This document shows positions 16,977-25,432 of a stretch of 32,000 bases of DNA, piece by piece (the first letter of the stretch is position 1; each line of letters opens with the position of its first letter). Where the stretch lies: the NCBI GenBank assembly GCA_027460535.1, contig JAPZAR010000015.1, forward strand, positions 38,245 through 70,244, given 5' to 3'. A program made the position numbers and the translations under genes. Source of the stretch: Candidatus Methanoperedens sp. (lineage in GTDB: Archaea > Halobacteriota > Methanosarcinia > Methanosarcinales > Methanoperedenaceae). The notes under the pieces were generated by a model. That model was not told where the DNA came from and did no database searches. It saw only the letters and a program-made list of their open reading frames with translations.

Positions 16977-17758
16977 ACCCATTTCTCGAGGCTTTCCTTT
17001 TCTTCAAAGCTTATGCTCAATCCATCATGTGCAGCGATAACTTTCACTCCCGTTCTTTCTGATATGGCCTTCGCCTGGAACTCTGGAGATGCTTTCAGGA
17101 CCTGCAAGCCAAAATGGGTCAGTATCGCCATCTTCGGCCTTATTTCCCCTATCAATATTGCCGCTTCCTCCATGTTCAGGTGCCGTATCCTCTTATCAGT
17201 CACCATCCTCACCACATTGATGATAAGAAAATCAACCCCCTTGTAAGCCCCGGGCAGCTCGGGAAAATATTCGGTATCCGGGATGTACCCCAGCCTTTTT
17301 GAGCCGAACTCGTAGATAGTTCCATACGTTTCAACAGGATGCATGTTCCTGATGGGAAAATGAAGCTGGATATTGCGCAGTTTAAATCCCATGCCTTCTT
17401 TTATTTCAGTTATCTCAGTGAAAGGTCTCACGTATTGAAGCACAACTGGATCATCGTGCAGGCAATCCCCGGGAACGATCAGGCGACCGCGGGGCTGAAA
17501 TCCGCCCCCGGTCATGGCTTCCACTATGACATTGATATCATTTGAATGGTCTATATGCCTGTGGGATAATATTATAGCATCAAGATTTCTAGGCACAAGC
17601 CTCTGCCTGTGAACCATTACGAGGCAGCCCGGTCCCGGATCCTGCAGTATGTTCACCCCGTCCAACTTAAGCCAGAAACCTCCACTCCTGCGCAACTGGT
17701 TAAGGACGACCATCCTCCCGCCTCCAGTTCCGAGAAAAGTGACACTCGACATCAACAT
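16973..17758 (-). CDS. MBL-fold metallo-hydrolase
   Basis: The HxHxDH motif is present as SHRHIDHSND, with an FLGTGGG N-terminus. Confidence 0.85.
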   Translation of the reverse strand: MLMSSVTFLGTGGGRMVVLNQLRRSGGFWLKLDGVNILQDPGPGCLVMVHRQRLVPRNLDAIILSHRHIDHSNDINVIVEAMTGGGFQPRGRLIVPGDCLHDDPVVLQYVRPFTEITEIKEGMGFKLRNIQLHFPIRNMHPVETYGTIYEFGSKRLGYIPDTEYFPELPGAYKGVDFLIINVVRMVTDKRIRHLNMEEAAILIGEIRPKMAILTHFGLQVLKASPEFQAKAISERTGVKVIAAHDGLSISFEEKESLEKWV

Positions 17759-17864
17759 ATAAACATGTGCAACTCATACAAAAAATCTTCTTAACCAAAT
17801 AATCTATTTATGCGAGTAAATCCCTTTTATCATTGGGAGATATGAAAACAATGGAGGAGGAAAT

Positions 17865-18374
17865 ATGTTATTCGCGTTCGGGGATAAAAAACCGAGAATT
17901 GCAGAAAATGCTTTCATAGCCCAAACCGCATGCATAATCGGAGATGTAACGATCGGAGAAAAAACGAGCGTCTGGTTCAATACGGTCATCAGGGGCGACA
18001 GGGGAAAGATCAGCATAGGTAAGGGCTGCAATATCCAGGATAACTCCGTGATTCATTCGGACGAATCGAACGTAGAGATTGGCGACGGTGTCACAGTCGG
18101 GCATGGATGCATCCTTCACGGAGGCACGGTGAAGAGCAATGCGCTCATCGGCATGAATGCCACGGTACTGCATGAGGCCTGGATCGGGGAATATGCAATA
18201 ATAGGGGCTGGTGCGCTGGTGCCGCCAAAGCACAAAGTCCCTGATAACACCGTAGTCTTCGGGGTACCATGCAAACAGGTTCGTAAAACAACTGAGGAAG
18301 ATCTTCGTCTCATAAAAAATACATTAAGAAATTATGCAGAATTGACCGATCAATACCTGGAAATGACAAGGTGA
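17865..18374 (+). CDS. Gamma-class carbonic anhydrase-like / hexapeptide-repeat (LbH) protein
   Basis: It has left-handed beta-helix hexapeptide repeats and a His pattern (VIHSD, GHGCILHG). GGAGGAGG lies upstream of the start. Confidence 0.9.
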   Translation: MLFAFGDKKPRIAENAFIAQTACIIGDVTIGEKTSVWFNTVIRGDRGKISIGKGCNIQDNSVIHSDESNVEIGDGVTVGHGCILHGGTVKSNALIGMNATVLHEAWIGEYAIIGAGALVPPKHKVPDNTVVFGVPCKQVRKTTEEDLRLIKNTLRNYAELTDQYLEMTR

Positions 18375-18376
18375 CC

Positions 18377-19576
18377 ATGCGAAATATTGAAATTGAAGAA
18401 CTGGAAGCCACGCCAATAACTGAGCGCAGGGTCGAAGTCGTAGAGAGAAAAGGCCTCGGGCATCCGGATTATATATGTGATTCCATTATGAACCAGGTCT
18501 CGGTCGAACTCTGCAAAGAGTATATGGAACGCTTTGGCGCCATAATGCACCACAATATCGATAAAGGGATGCTGGTGGCCGGAGAAGTGAAAACAAAATT
18601 CGGAGGAGGTGTGATCCTTAAGCCTATGCGACTTATTTTTGGGGACAGGGCCACTTTTGAAGTGGAAGGAGAGGTCATCGATGTCAATAGTATTGCGATA
18701 GATACGGCCAAGCATTGGCTAAAGGATAATCTCAGGTTCGTCAATTCAGATTCCCTGGAGTACCAGGTCGAAATTGCAAGCGGTTCGGCGGAACTCACTG
18801 ACATCTTCAAAAGAAAAGAAACCGTGCTCGGGGCAAATGATACCTCGGCTGCCGTGGGATACGCCCCCATGACTCCGAGTGAAATTGTGGTGCTTGAGAC
18901 CGAGCGCTTCCTGAACTCTCCTGCTTTCAAGAAAAGATTTCCCGAATCCGGGGAGGATATCAAAGTCATGGGTCTGCGCAATGCCGACAGGCTTGGCTTA
19001 ATAGTCGCAGATCCGCTCGTGGATATGTTCATCGGATCAGAACATGAGTATTTCAGAAAGAAGGACGAGCTTCTTGAAGAAATAAATACTTTCGCGTCAG
19101 AAAGAACAGAACTTGGGACTTCGGTTTCATTGAACGCGCTTGACAGGGAAGGGCGCGGCATGGGAGGCATATACATGACAGTCACGGGCACATCGGCAGA
19201 GGATGCAGATTCCGGCCAGGTGGGCCGGGGGAACAGGGTAAATGGCATCATTCCTCTCAACCGTCCGGTCAGCAGTGAGGCAGCTGCGGGTAAAAACCCG
19301 GTAAGCCATGTTGGGAAGATTTACAATGTGCTCAGCCACAGGATTGCCAGTGAGATTTATACAAATGTGCCCGATATCAAGGAAGTATATGTGTGGCTTT
19401 TAAGCCAGATAGGCGAGCCAATAGACCAGCCCAGGATTGCGGCGGCGCAGGTTATCATGGAAAGGGGAACAATTGAGAGTGTTGAAAAAGAGATAAATGA
19501 GATCATGGACAGGGAGCTTGCGAATATACAGGAGTTCTGTTTGGAGCTTGCATACGGCAGAATCCCAGTTTGCTGA
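18377..19576 (+). CDS. mat: Archaeal-type S-adenosylmethionine synthetase (methionine adenosyltransferase)
   Basis: The N-terminus MRNIEIEE...VERKGLGHPDYICD is typical of archaeal MAT. The ATG at 18377 lies 2 nt after the upstream stop codon. Confidence 0.95.
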   Translation: MRNIEIEELEATPITERRVEVVERKGLGHPDYICDSIMNQVSVELCKEYMERFGAIMHHNIDKGMLVAGEVKTKFGGGVILKPMRLIFGDRATFEVEGEVIDVNSIAIDTAKHWLKDNLRFVNSDSLEYQVEIASGSAELTDIFKRKETVLGANDTSAAVGYAPMTPSEIVVLETERFLNSPAFKKRFPESGEDIKVMGLRNADRLGLIVADPLVDMFIGSEHEYFRKKDELLEEINTFASERTELGTSVSLNALDREGRGMGGIYMTVTGTSAEDADSGQVGRGNRVNGIIPLNRPVSSEAAAGKNPVSHVGKIYNVLSHRIASEIYTNVPDIKEVYVWLLSQIGEPIDQPRIAAAQVIMERGTIESVEKEINEIMDRELANIQEFCLELAYGRIPVC

Positions 19577-19891
19577 TCAACGATCTGCCAGCTGTTTTGC
19601 TTTTTCAGGCAACCTTTTACCTATTACCTCGAGAATTGCATCAAAATCCCCTTCAGCCAGTGAACGTACATCCTCGTCGCCTTTCAATACCAGGTCTACG
19701 ATGTAACTTAGCTCGTCATCGCTCAGTCTGCCAACCCTGGCAGCGAAGTCCTCAGGGGATTCCGAGAACCTGTGCGATACGGGAAGCAGGATAAATTTAT
19801 AATCATGACCTGGCGCTGGGCCTGTCGCCCCTTCGAGTTCAGGGGCAAGTTTGGCGAGAATTTTCTTGTCAATATCGCTCAGTGTTCTCAT
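19577..19891 (-). CDS. Hypothetical small acidic protein
   Basis: It is a clean ORF and the start is ambiguous (ATG at 19939, 19909 or 19891). I recognised no family. Confidence 0.45.
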   Translation of the reverse strand: MRTLSDIDKKILAKLAPELEGATGPAPGHDYKFILLPVSHRFSESPEDFAARVGRLSDDELSYIVDLVLKGDEDVRSLAEGDFDAILEVIGKRLPEKAKQLADR

Positions 19892-19940
19892 GATTTGCAA
19901 TCTCTTCATGTAAGTATAAAAATCTATATGCCTGCGCAAC

Positions 19941-20738
19941 TCATTCGATCAATCTGTTTATCCTGCATCGCAGCATCTTTTCATCGAACTTCCGCATGAT
20001 CGTCTCAAAAACATCCTCATAATAATTCTCGCCCTCAAAAAATATCCTTTCATAGTCTTCGAGCAATTCGGGTTGGAAATCCTGAATGAACTCTCTGACC
20101 CTTTCCCATACCCCATCCTTCATCCTCAGCCGGTCCACGAGCACATATCCTGGTTTCACGACTGAAATCGCGTCGACCAGTGCCTCAACATCGGTAATAT
20201 ACGGCATCACTGGCCCAAGGAAAACCCATGTGTTGATGCCATTTTCCGATAGCTCCTTGAGTGAGTGCAGCCTTTCCTCTACGCTTGATGCACCAGGTTC
20301 AAGTTTTTTCCTTACCTTATCATCAAGGGCAGTAAGGGTCACACCGACCTCGATATTTGAGAATTGCCTGAGTAAATCCATATCCCTGAGAACAAGCGAA
20401 GATTTTGTCTGGACGCATACGGGAAAGTCATGCATCAGCAGGAATTCAAGACACCTGCGCGTTATCTCGTAATCCTTCTCCGCCGGTTGATAGGGGTCAG
20501 TCACAGTCCCCAGGCCCACAACTCCTTTTTTCTTTGAATGCAATTCCTTGGACAGGATACGCGGCAGGTTTATTTTTACTTCCACAACATCGCCCCACTT
20601 GCCTTGCCATCGAATAACCGAAGGGGCGTAACAATATACACAGGAATGCGCGCAGCCCCTGTAAGGATTCAGGGCATAATCAAGGCCCGGGAGCCGCGAT
20701 GGTGAAAGCGCGGTTTTTACTTTTATTTCTCTGATCAT
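19941..20738 (-). CDS. Radical SAM protein, SplB / DNA-photolyase-like family
   Basis: The CX3CX2C cluster is present in NPYRGCAHSCVYCYA, and the length of 265 aa fits. Confidence 0.85.
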   Translation of the reverse strand: MIREIKVKTALSPSRLPGLDYALNPYRGCAHSCVYCYAPSVIRWQGKWGDVVEVKINLPRILSKELHSKKKGVVGLGTVTDPYQPAEKDYEITRRCLEFLLMHDFPVCVQTKSSLVLRDMDLLRQFSNIEVGVTLTALDDKVRKKLEPGASSVEERLHSLKELSENGINTWVFLGPVMPYITDVEALVDAISVVKPGYVLVDRLRMKDGVWERVREFIQDFQPELLEDYERIFFEGENYYEDVFETIMRKFDEKMLRCRINRLIE

Positions 20739-20806
20739 TTCATTTGCGGTTATTTTCTGCTGACTTACATTGTTATTTTGATTATAGGCAAATTTTTAAT
20801 AACCAT

Positions 20807-21283
20807 TTATCTATTACAGAATTTTCTTAATGCTTTCAGAATCCCCTCATCTCTGGCTTTCTTTTCTAAATATCCAAGATGGAGTCGGTTCCGATAATAT
20901 TTTATCATAAACTTTGCCTGATCACAGTCCGTTTGAGATTTCCAATGAACACACGCATTGATACGGTCAATAATTAAATCCTCGATCCCAATTACATAGA
21001 CTTTCAAGTCCCCTATTTTTATTACCGTCACCTTATCTTTATCTCCGGCCAGACGACTGCCTGGAATCTCTACAGAAAGTCCTGTTTGTTCGCTAATCCA
21101 GTGTCTTCCACTCGGTTTAAAGCCAAAAGTATTTTCCAATATTTCCCCTATTTTTTTCCTGTCACTTACCAGGTCTATATCATGACTTGGATAAATTCCT
21201 TCCGTATAGAAATCAACAGCCGAACCTCCCACTACGACAGGTTTTATCTTTATTTTTTCAGCTTCGCGTGTCAACAATCCCAT
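20807..21283 (-). CDS. Minimal nucleotidyltransferase-fold protein (putative toxin-like partner)
   Basis: The pol-beta-type NTase signature GGSAVDFY-x9-DIDLV is present, followed by a helical C-terminal half. The gene is visibly more AT-rich than its neighbours. Confidence 0.7.
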   Translation of the reverse strand: MGLLTREAEKIKIKPVVVGGSAVDFYTEGIYPSHDIDLVSDRKKIGEILENTFGFKPSGRHWISEQTGLSVEIPGSRLAGDKDKVTVIKIGDLKVYVIGIEDLIIDRINACVHWKSQTDCDQAKFMIKYYRNRLHLGYLEKKARDEGILKALRKFCNR

Positions 21284-21342
21284 AAAATATATTTTTCTGT
21301 CAACTAAATTCTCTATGGATGCTATTTTTTGTAATTCTTTAA

Positions 21343-21618
21343 TTATAATCTTCTCTCCATTTCCCTATCTCCGGTCCATCTGGTCTTCCCAATATTGAGA
21401 TTGCTTTCTATCTTTGATTTCATTAGCTCGTATAATCCATTGGTTTCATCTTCATTCCTCGGTTTACGTCTGACCGTTTTGCCAGTTATCGGAGTTATGA
21501 GTATACCATCTTCAGTTGGAGTTATGTTCACTGCCATAGGAGAACCTATTTCTTGCAGGATATATTGCGGGATTATGATTCCCTGACTGTTCCCTATTTT
21601 TCTGATATTTCTTATCAT
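21343..21618 (-). CDS. AbrB/MazE/SpoVT-family DNA-binding protein (antitoxin-like)
   Basis: The N-terminal swapped-hairpin motif IRKIGNSQGIIIPQYIL is followed by a charged, probably disordered tail. Confidence 0.8.
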   Translation of the reverse strand: MIRNIRKIGNSQGIIIPQYILQEIGSPMAVNITPTEDGILITPITGKTVRRKPRNEDETNGLYELMKSKIESNLNIGKTRWTGDREMERRL

Positions 21619-21640
21619 GTTATAACATTGTTATAACATT
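21619..21640 (-). promoter_or_regulatory. Tandem 11-bp repeat (GTTATAACATT x2) abutting the AbrB-like start codon; candidate operator
   Basis: Two identical copies lie at 21619-21629 and 21630-21640, each containing the palindrome GTTATAAC. An A/T-rich TATA-like element (minus strand TTTTTATAAA) lies at 21667-21676. Confidence 0.4.
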
Positions 21641-21807
21641 AATAGTACATAAGTCTTTTTCCTGTGTTTATAAAAACATTTCGAAAATATCTAATAAATT
21701 ACAACCAATAAACTGCAACAACGTCTTAAACTACAACCATCGTCTTTGCAATAATAGAAAAAGGATATATGCGAACAGGTACCATCCATACAACAGGGGT
21801 TATCCAG

Positions 21808-23244
21808 ATGAAAAAGTATGACCTGATCGTGATCGGAACGGGCTCGGGAATGAATTACGCCGATGCAATAATGGACAGGAATCCGGATTATAAGGTAGCT
21901 GTGATCGATAAGGACGAACCTGGCGGTATATGCCTCACGCGGGGATGCATACCTTCAAAACTCCTGATATATCCCGCGGAACTTCTCAGGACGATCGGGA
22001 CCGCAGGGAGATTTGGCATAGACGTGGAAATAAAAAGTATTGATTTTGCTTTTGTGATGGAAAGGATGAGAACCTTAATTTCTAAAGATATAGATTTGAT
22101 ACGAAGGGGGCTTTCAAAAAACCCCGGCATAGATTATTATCACGATATTGCGGCATTTGAATCCCCTTATACACTGAAGGTAGGGAATGACATCATTACC
22201 TCAAAAATGATATTCCTCTGCACAGGCTCAAGACCAATAATCCCGCCTGTGAAGGGATTGGTGGAATCGGGATATCTCACGAGCGACACGGTGCTGAAAA
22301 TGGAAGAACTTCCGGCTAGTATCGCCATCATAGGCGGGGGATACATTGCAGCGGAGTACGGGCATTTCTTTTCCGCCATGGGTTCCAGGGTAACTGTTAT
22401 TGGGAGAAACCCAAGGTTCCTTCCTGATGAAGAACCGGAGATCTCAGCGCTTGCTAAAAGAGAGATGTCCGGATACATGGATATCCTCACCGGTTATGAA
22501 GTCCTTGAAGTGATAAGAGAGAGTGATGGGAAAAGAAAGATCATCGGGCACGACAAGAAAAGCGGAAAAAAGGTTTCCGTGACTGCTGATGAGATCCTCG
22601 TAGCCTCGGGACGCGGGCCGAACACCGATTATCTTAAACCTGAAAAAGGAGGGATAAAAACAGATGACAATGGATGGATCGACGTGAATGAATACATGGA
22701 AACATCGCAGCCCAATATCTGGGCTTTCGGGGATGCAAATGGAAGGCATCTCTTTAAACATGTAGCGAACTACGAATCTACCGTTGTTTATCAGAACGCC
22801 ATTTTGAAAGAAAATATCAAGATCGACTATCGCGCGGTGCCCCATGCCGTTTTCTCCTATCCTGAAATAGCTGGGGTAGGAATGAAGGAAAAGGAAGCTG
22901 TCGAAAAGTATGGAGAGGAGAACGTGTTGATAGGTTTCCAGTTGTATGAGGATATTGCAAAGGGGGAAGCAATGGATGTCATGGATTATTTCGTAAAAGT
23001 GATCGTTGAAAAAGATTCAAGCAGTATTCTGGGAGCGCATATAATCGGGCCTTATGCCTCTATCCTCATCCATGAAATAATACCTCTTATGTATACTCCC
23101 GGGCAAAGCGCTACCCCGATCATTTATGGAATGCACATCCATCCTGCATTAAGCGAGGTTGTGGAGAGGGCGTTCCAGTCGCTTATGGAGCCCGCGGATT
23201 ATCGTCATGTCCTCGATCATTTGCATCTTGAACCTATGTCCTGA
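21808..23244 (+). CDS. Class I pyridine nucleotide-disulfide oxidoreductase (dihydrolipoyl dehydrogenase / glutathione-mycothione reductase family)
   Basis: It has the FAD motif IVIGTGSG, the redox-active CLTRGC, the NAD motif IIGGGYIAAE and a C-terminal HIHPALSE dyad. I chose the ATG at 21808 (MKKYDLIVIG). Confidence 0.9.
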   Translation: MKKYDLIVIGTGSGMNYADAIMDRNPDYKVAVIDKDEPGGICLTRGCIPSKLLIYPAELLRTIGTAGRFGIDVEIKSIDFAFVMERMRTLISKDIDLIRRGLSKNPGIDYYHDIAAFESPYTLKVGNDIITSKMIFLCTGSRPIIPPVKGLVESGYLTSDTVLKMEELPASIAIIGGGYIAAEYGHFFSAMGSRVTVIGRNPRFLPDEEPEISALAKREMSGYMDILTGYEVLEVIRESDGKRKIIGHDKKSGKKVSVTADEILVASGRGPNTDYLKPEKGGIKTDDNGWIDVNEYMETSQPNIWAFGDANGRHLFKHVANYESTVVYQNAILKENIKIDYRAVPHAVFSYPEIAGVGMKEKEAVEKYGEENVLIGFQLYEDIAKGEAMDVMDYFVKVIVEKDSSSILGAHIIGPYASILIHEIIPLMYTPGQSATPIIYGMHIHPALSEVVERAFQSLMEPADYRHVLDHLHLEPMS

Positions 23245-24490
23245 AGAAATCTTCCAGCCCTCTCTGGAATAAAGTGTCCTTCAGTACAGTGCTCTCTTTG
23301 ATCCACCGCTCTTTTGGAATAACAAGTCTGGTATTAATGTATTCAAATGCCTCATTCAGGGTTGAGAACTTCCTGGGTTCTGCCTTCAGCGCTGCCCTGA
23401 CATTCTCCCGGACATTCCACACGCCTACAGGCATTATATATCCGGGATGGGCTTCCCTCAATATCACCACACGTGCCTGCCTTTTCTCTTTTACAAGATA
23501 CTCGTTAACAGCAAGACGCGCCGCATAATAACACCCTCCGATCTCAGCATAGCTCGTCCTTCCTTCATAACCCTCGGATGATGACATTATCGCCACTTCC
23601 TTCCCGAAGGGGTTCCAGACCGTATTCGGATACCATGCCTCGATAAGCTCATAGCTCCATGCCCTCGGCATCATCAGGACAACGAACCTGTTATCAAGCT
23701 GCCAGGATTCAAAAACAAGGTGCTCATTGATGAGTGGGAAATCTTTCATCTTTTCCATAAGATCAGCGCCCAGCATGCTGTCAACAGCAGTGATGCTCCA
23801 TCGCGTGGGAACGAACCTTCGGGCTTTCCCCTCCCCAAAAGAACCCGTTGAAAACGCTTTCTGGATGCTTGATACAAGGGTGCCTTTCTTATAAAGGTCA
23901 AGAACTGCATCCTTTGCCTTGAGATCCGTGTCGTTATTCGCTTTTTCCATTCTCTGGTCAAATCTAGTATTCCCCAGATCGATCTTTTTGAGAGGTGCGG
24001 TCGGCCCGAATGGCTGCACTTCGTCATCGAGAACCAGTCTTGCCCTGGGTTTTTTTAAGAACTCTGCCTCCACATCGATCGGGGAAGCGCACAGTGCCAT
24101 CTCTCTTGTGGCTTCGATTATCCTGCTGCTATCAAGATCCCTTATATGCACCAGATGTTTTCCCCTCACAAGCTGGGAGCGGAAATCCACGATATCATCG
24201 ATACTCTTACCGATCCACATCTCGGGTGTGTCCAGGAGGGTCGTGTCTCCATGGGTGGGCGGGATGAGCGGGCCTACAGATACATACGGATATCCGATCC
24301 TTCCCACGAACACTCCCGGGGGTGAGGACCCGTCTATACTCAGGCTGTCCGTGAGCGGTTTTACTTTGACATTTGAGTAGAATTTGACAAGAACAGGGCA
24401 TCTCTCCTTGCCGCACAGCAGTTTCGCCCCACGGCATAATATGCACAGGGCATCGCTGTTGCCCCTGAATAACGAATCTGCTGAGTCCAT
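23234..24490 (-). CDS. nreA: Archaeal Nre-family DNA repair protein (NreA-like)
   Basis: It has an N-terminal C4 zinc finger (CILCRGAKLLCGKERC) and the approximately 418-aa Nre_N/Nre_C layout. The C-terminus carries a canonical PCNA-interacting peptide, QRGLEDFF. Confidence 0.75.
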   Translation of the reverse strand: MDSADSLFRGNSDALCILCRGAKLLCGKERCPVLVKFYSNVKVKPLTDSLSIDGSSPPGVFVGRIGYPYVSVGPLIPPTHGDTTLLDTPEMWIGKSIDDIVDFRSQLVRGKHLVHIRDLDSSRIIEATREMALCASPIDVEAEFLKKPRARLVLDDEVQPFGPTAPLKKIDLGNTRFDQRMEKANNDTDLKAKDAVLDLYKKGTLVSSIQKAFSTGSFGEGKARRFVPTRWSITAVDSMLGADLMEKMKDFPLINEHLVFESWQLDNRFVVLMMPRAWSYELIEAWYPNTVWNPFGKEVAIMSSSEGYEGRTSYAEIGGCYYAARLAVNEYLVKEKRQARVVILREAHPGYIMPVGVWNVRENVRAALKAEPRKFSTLNEAFEYINTRLVIPKERWIKESTVLKDTLFQRGLEDFFRT

Positions 24491-24589
24491 ATGCCAGTAG
24501 ACGATACAGGGAGATATAAACTAAATGACAGCGCGGTGAAAGAAATCCGGCAAAAGGATTATACGCAAAAGAGTTATTAAACCAGTCCT

Positions 24590-25069
24590 ATGTTCATCGA
24601 GATCGACGGATGGATGGCAAAGCTCCGATTTTCAGCCTGCCATTTTATCCCCAACCACCCGAAATGCGGCTGCCTTCACGGCCATACATACGCGATCAGC
24701 GTGCGACTGGAAGGTGAGCAGATAGGGGAATTCATTATCGATTTTGAGATGGTTAAGGGAATGGTCAACAGGATATGCGACAGGCTGGATCATAAGATCC
24801 TTGTGGCGGAAAAGGATCCGCGCCTCAAGATCGAGAAAAAGAAAGAAGTGTCCATTGAAATTATCGGGGGCAACAAGCGTTATGTGCTTCCGTCTGAGGA
24901 TATTATGTTCCTTCCAACAAGATCTGTGAGCGCAGAAGACCTCTGCAAGTACTTTACTGCAGAGATGGCAAGGTCACTAAGATCAAATGGCGCGGATAAC
25001 ATTAAGAAACTCCATGTCAGGGTCGATGAGGGTATAGGGCAGGGCGCCGGCTGCGAGACCGAGCTGTAA
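24590..25069 (+). CDS. 6-pyruvoyl-tetrahydropterin synthase family protein (QueD / 6-carboxytetrahydropterin synthase-like)
   Basis: The motif FSACHFIPNHPKCGCLHGHTY contains the Zn-binding His residues and catalytic Cys typical of PTPS/QueD. Confidence 0.85.
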   Translation: MFIEIDGWMAKLRFSACHFIPNHPKCGCLHGHTYAISVRLEGEQIGEFIIDFEMVKGMVNRICDRLDHKILVAEKDPRLKIEKKKEVSIEIIGGNKRYVLPSEDIMFLPTRSVSAEDLCKYFTAEMARSLRSNGADNIKKLHVRVDEGIGQGAGCETEL

Positions 25070-25074
25070 TATAT

Positions 25075-25329
25075 CTAATAGTTATCCATTATCGTTTTCA
25101 GGATATTTTTATATTCAATTTTAAGAGAATAGACGTTGTGGTCTCCTTTGACATCGATCCTCAGGATCCCGAGCCTGGTATTCATAAGACCGACCATTGC
25201 GGATACCCCCCTGTAATTGACATCAAAACCCTGTTTGAAAAGGGAATCATAGACATCCTGTGTGGTGTACGGTTTGCTGTTCAGGAATAATTTCAAAACA
25301 GACTTTCTGATGCCGGTTTCATCCCTCAT
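25075..25329 (-). CDS. Small conserved hypothetical protein (possibly a methanogen DUF2551-type family; the family name is from memory only)
   Basis: It is an 84-aa ORF. The frame stays open for 17 more codons upstream with no canonical start, so the N-terminus is uncertain. Confidence 0.5.
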   Translation of the reverse strand: MRDETGIRKSVLKLFLNSKPYTTQDVYDSLFKQGFDVNYRGVSAMVGLMNTRLGILRIDVKGDHNVYSLKIEYKNILKTIMDNY

Positions 25330-25432
25330 CAGGTATTTTGTCAGCCGTGTCTTGATTTTTTCATTTCCTTCAGCGCTCAGTCAGACCACCGTTTTTCTTT
25401 ATTCGATTTTCAGAGTTTATACCTTTCCATGA

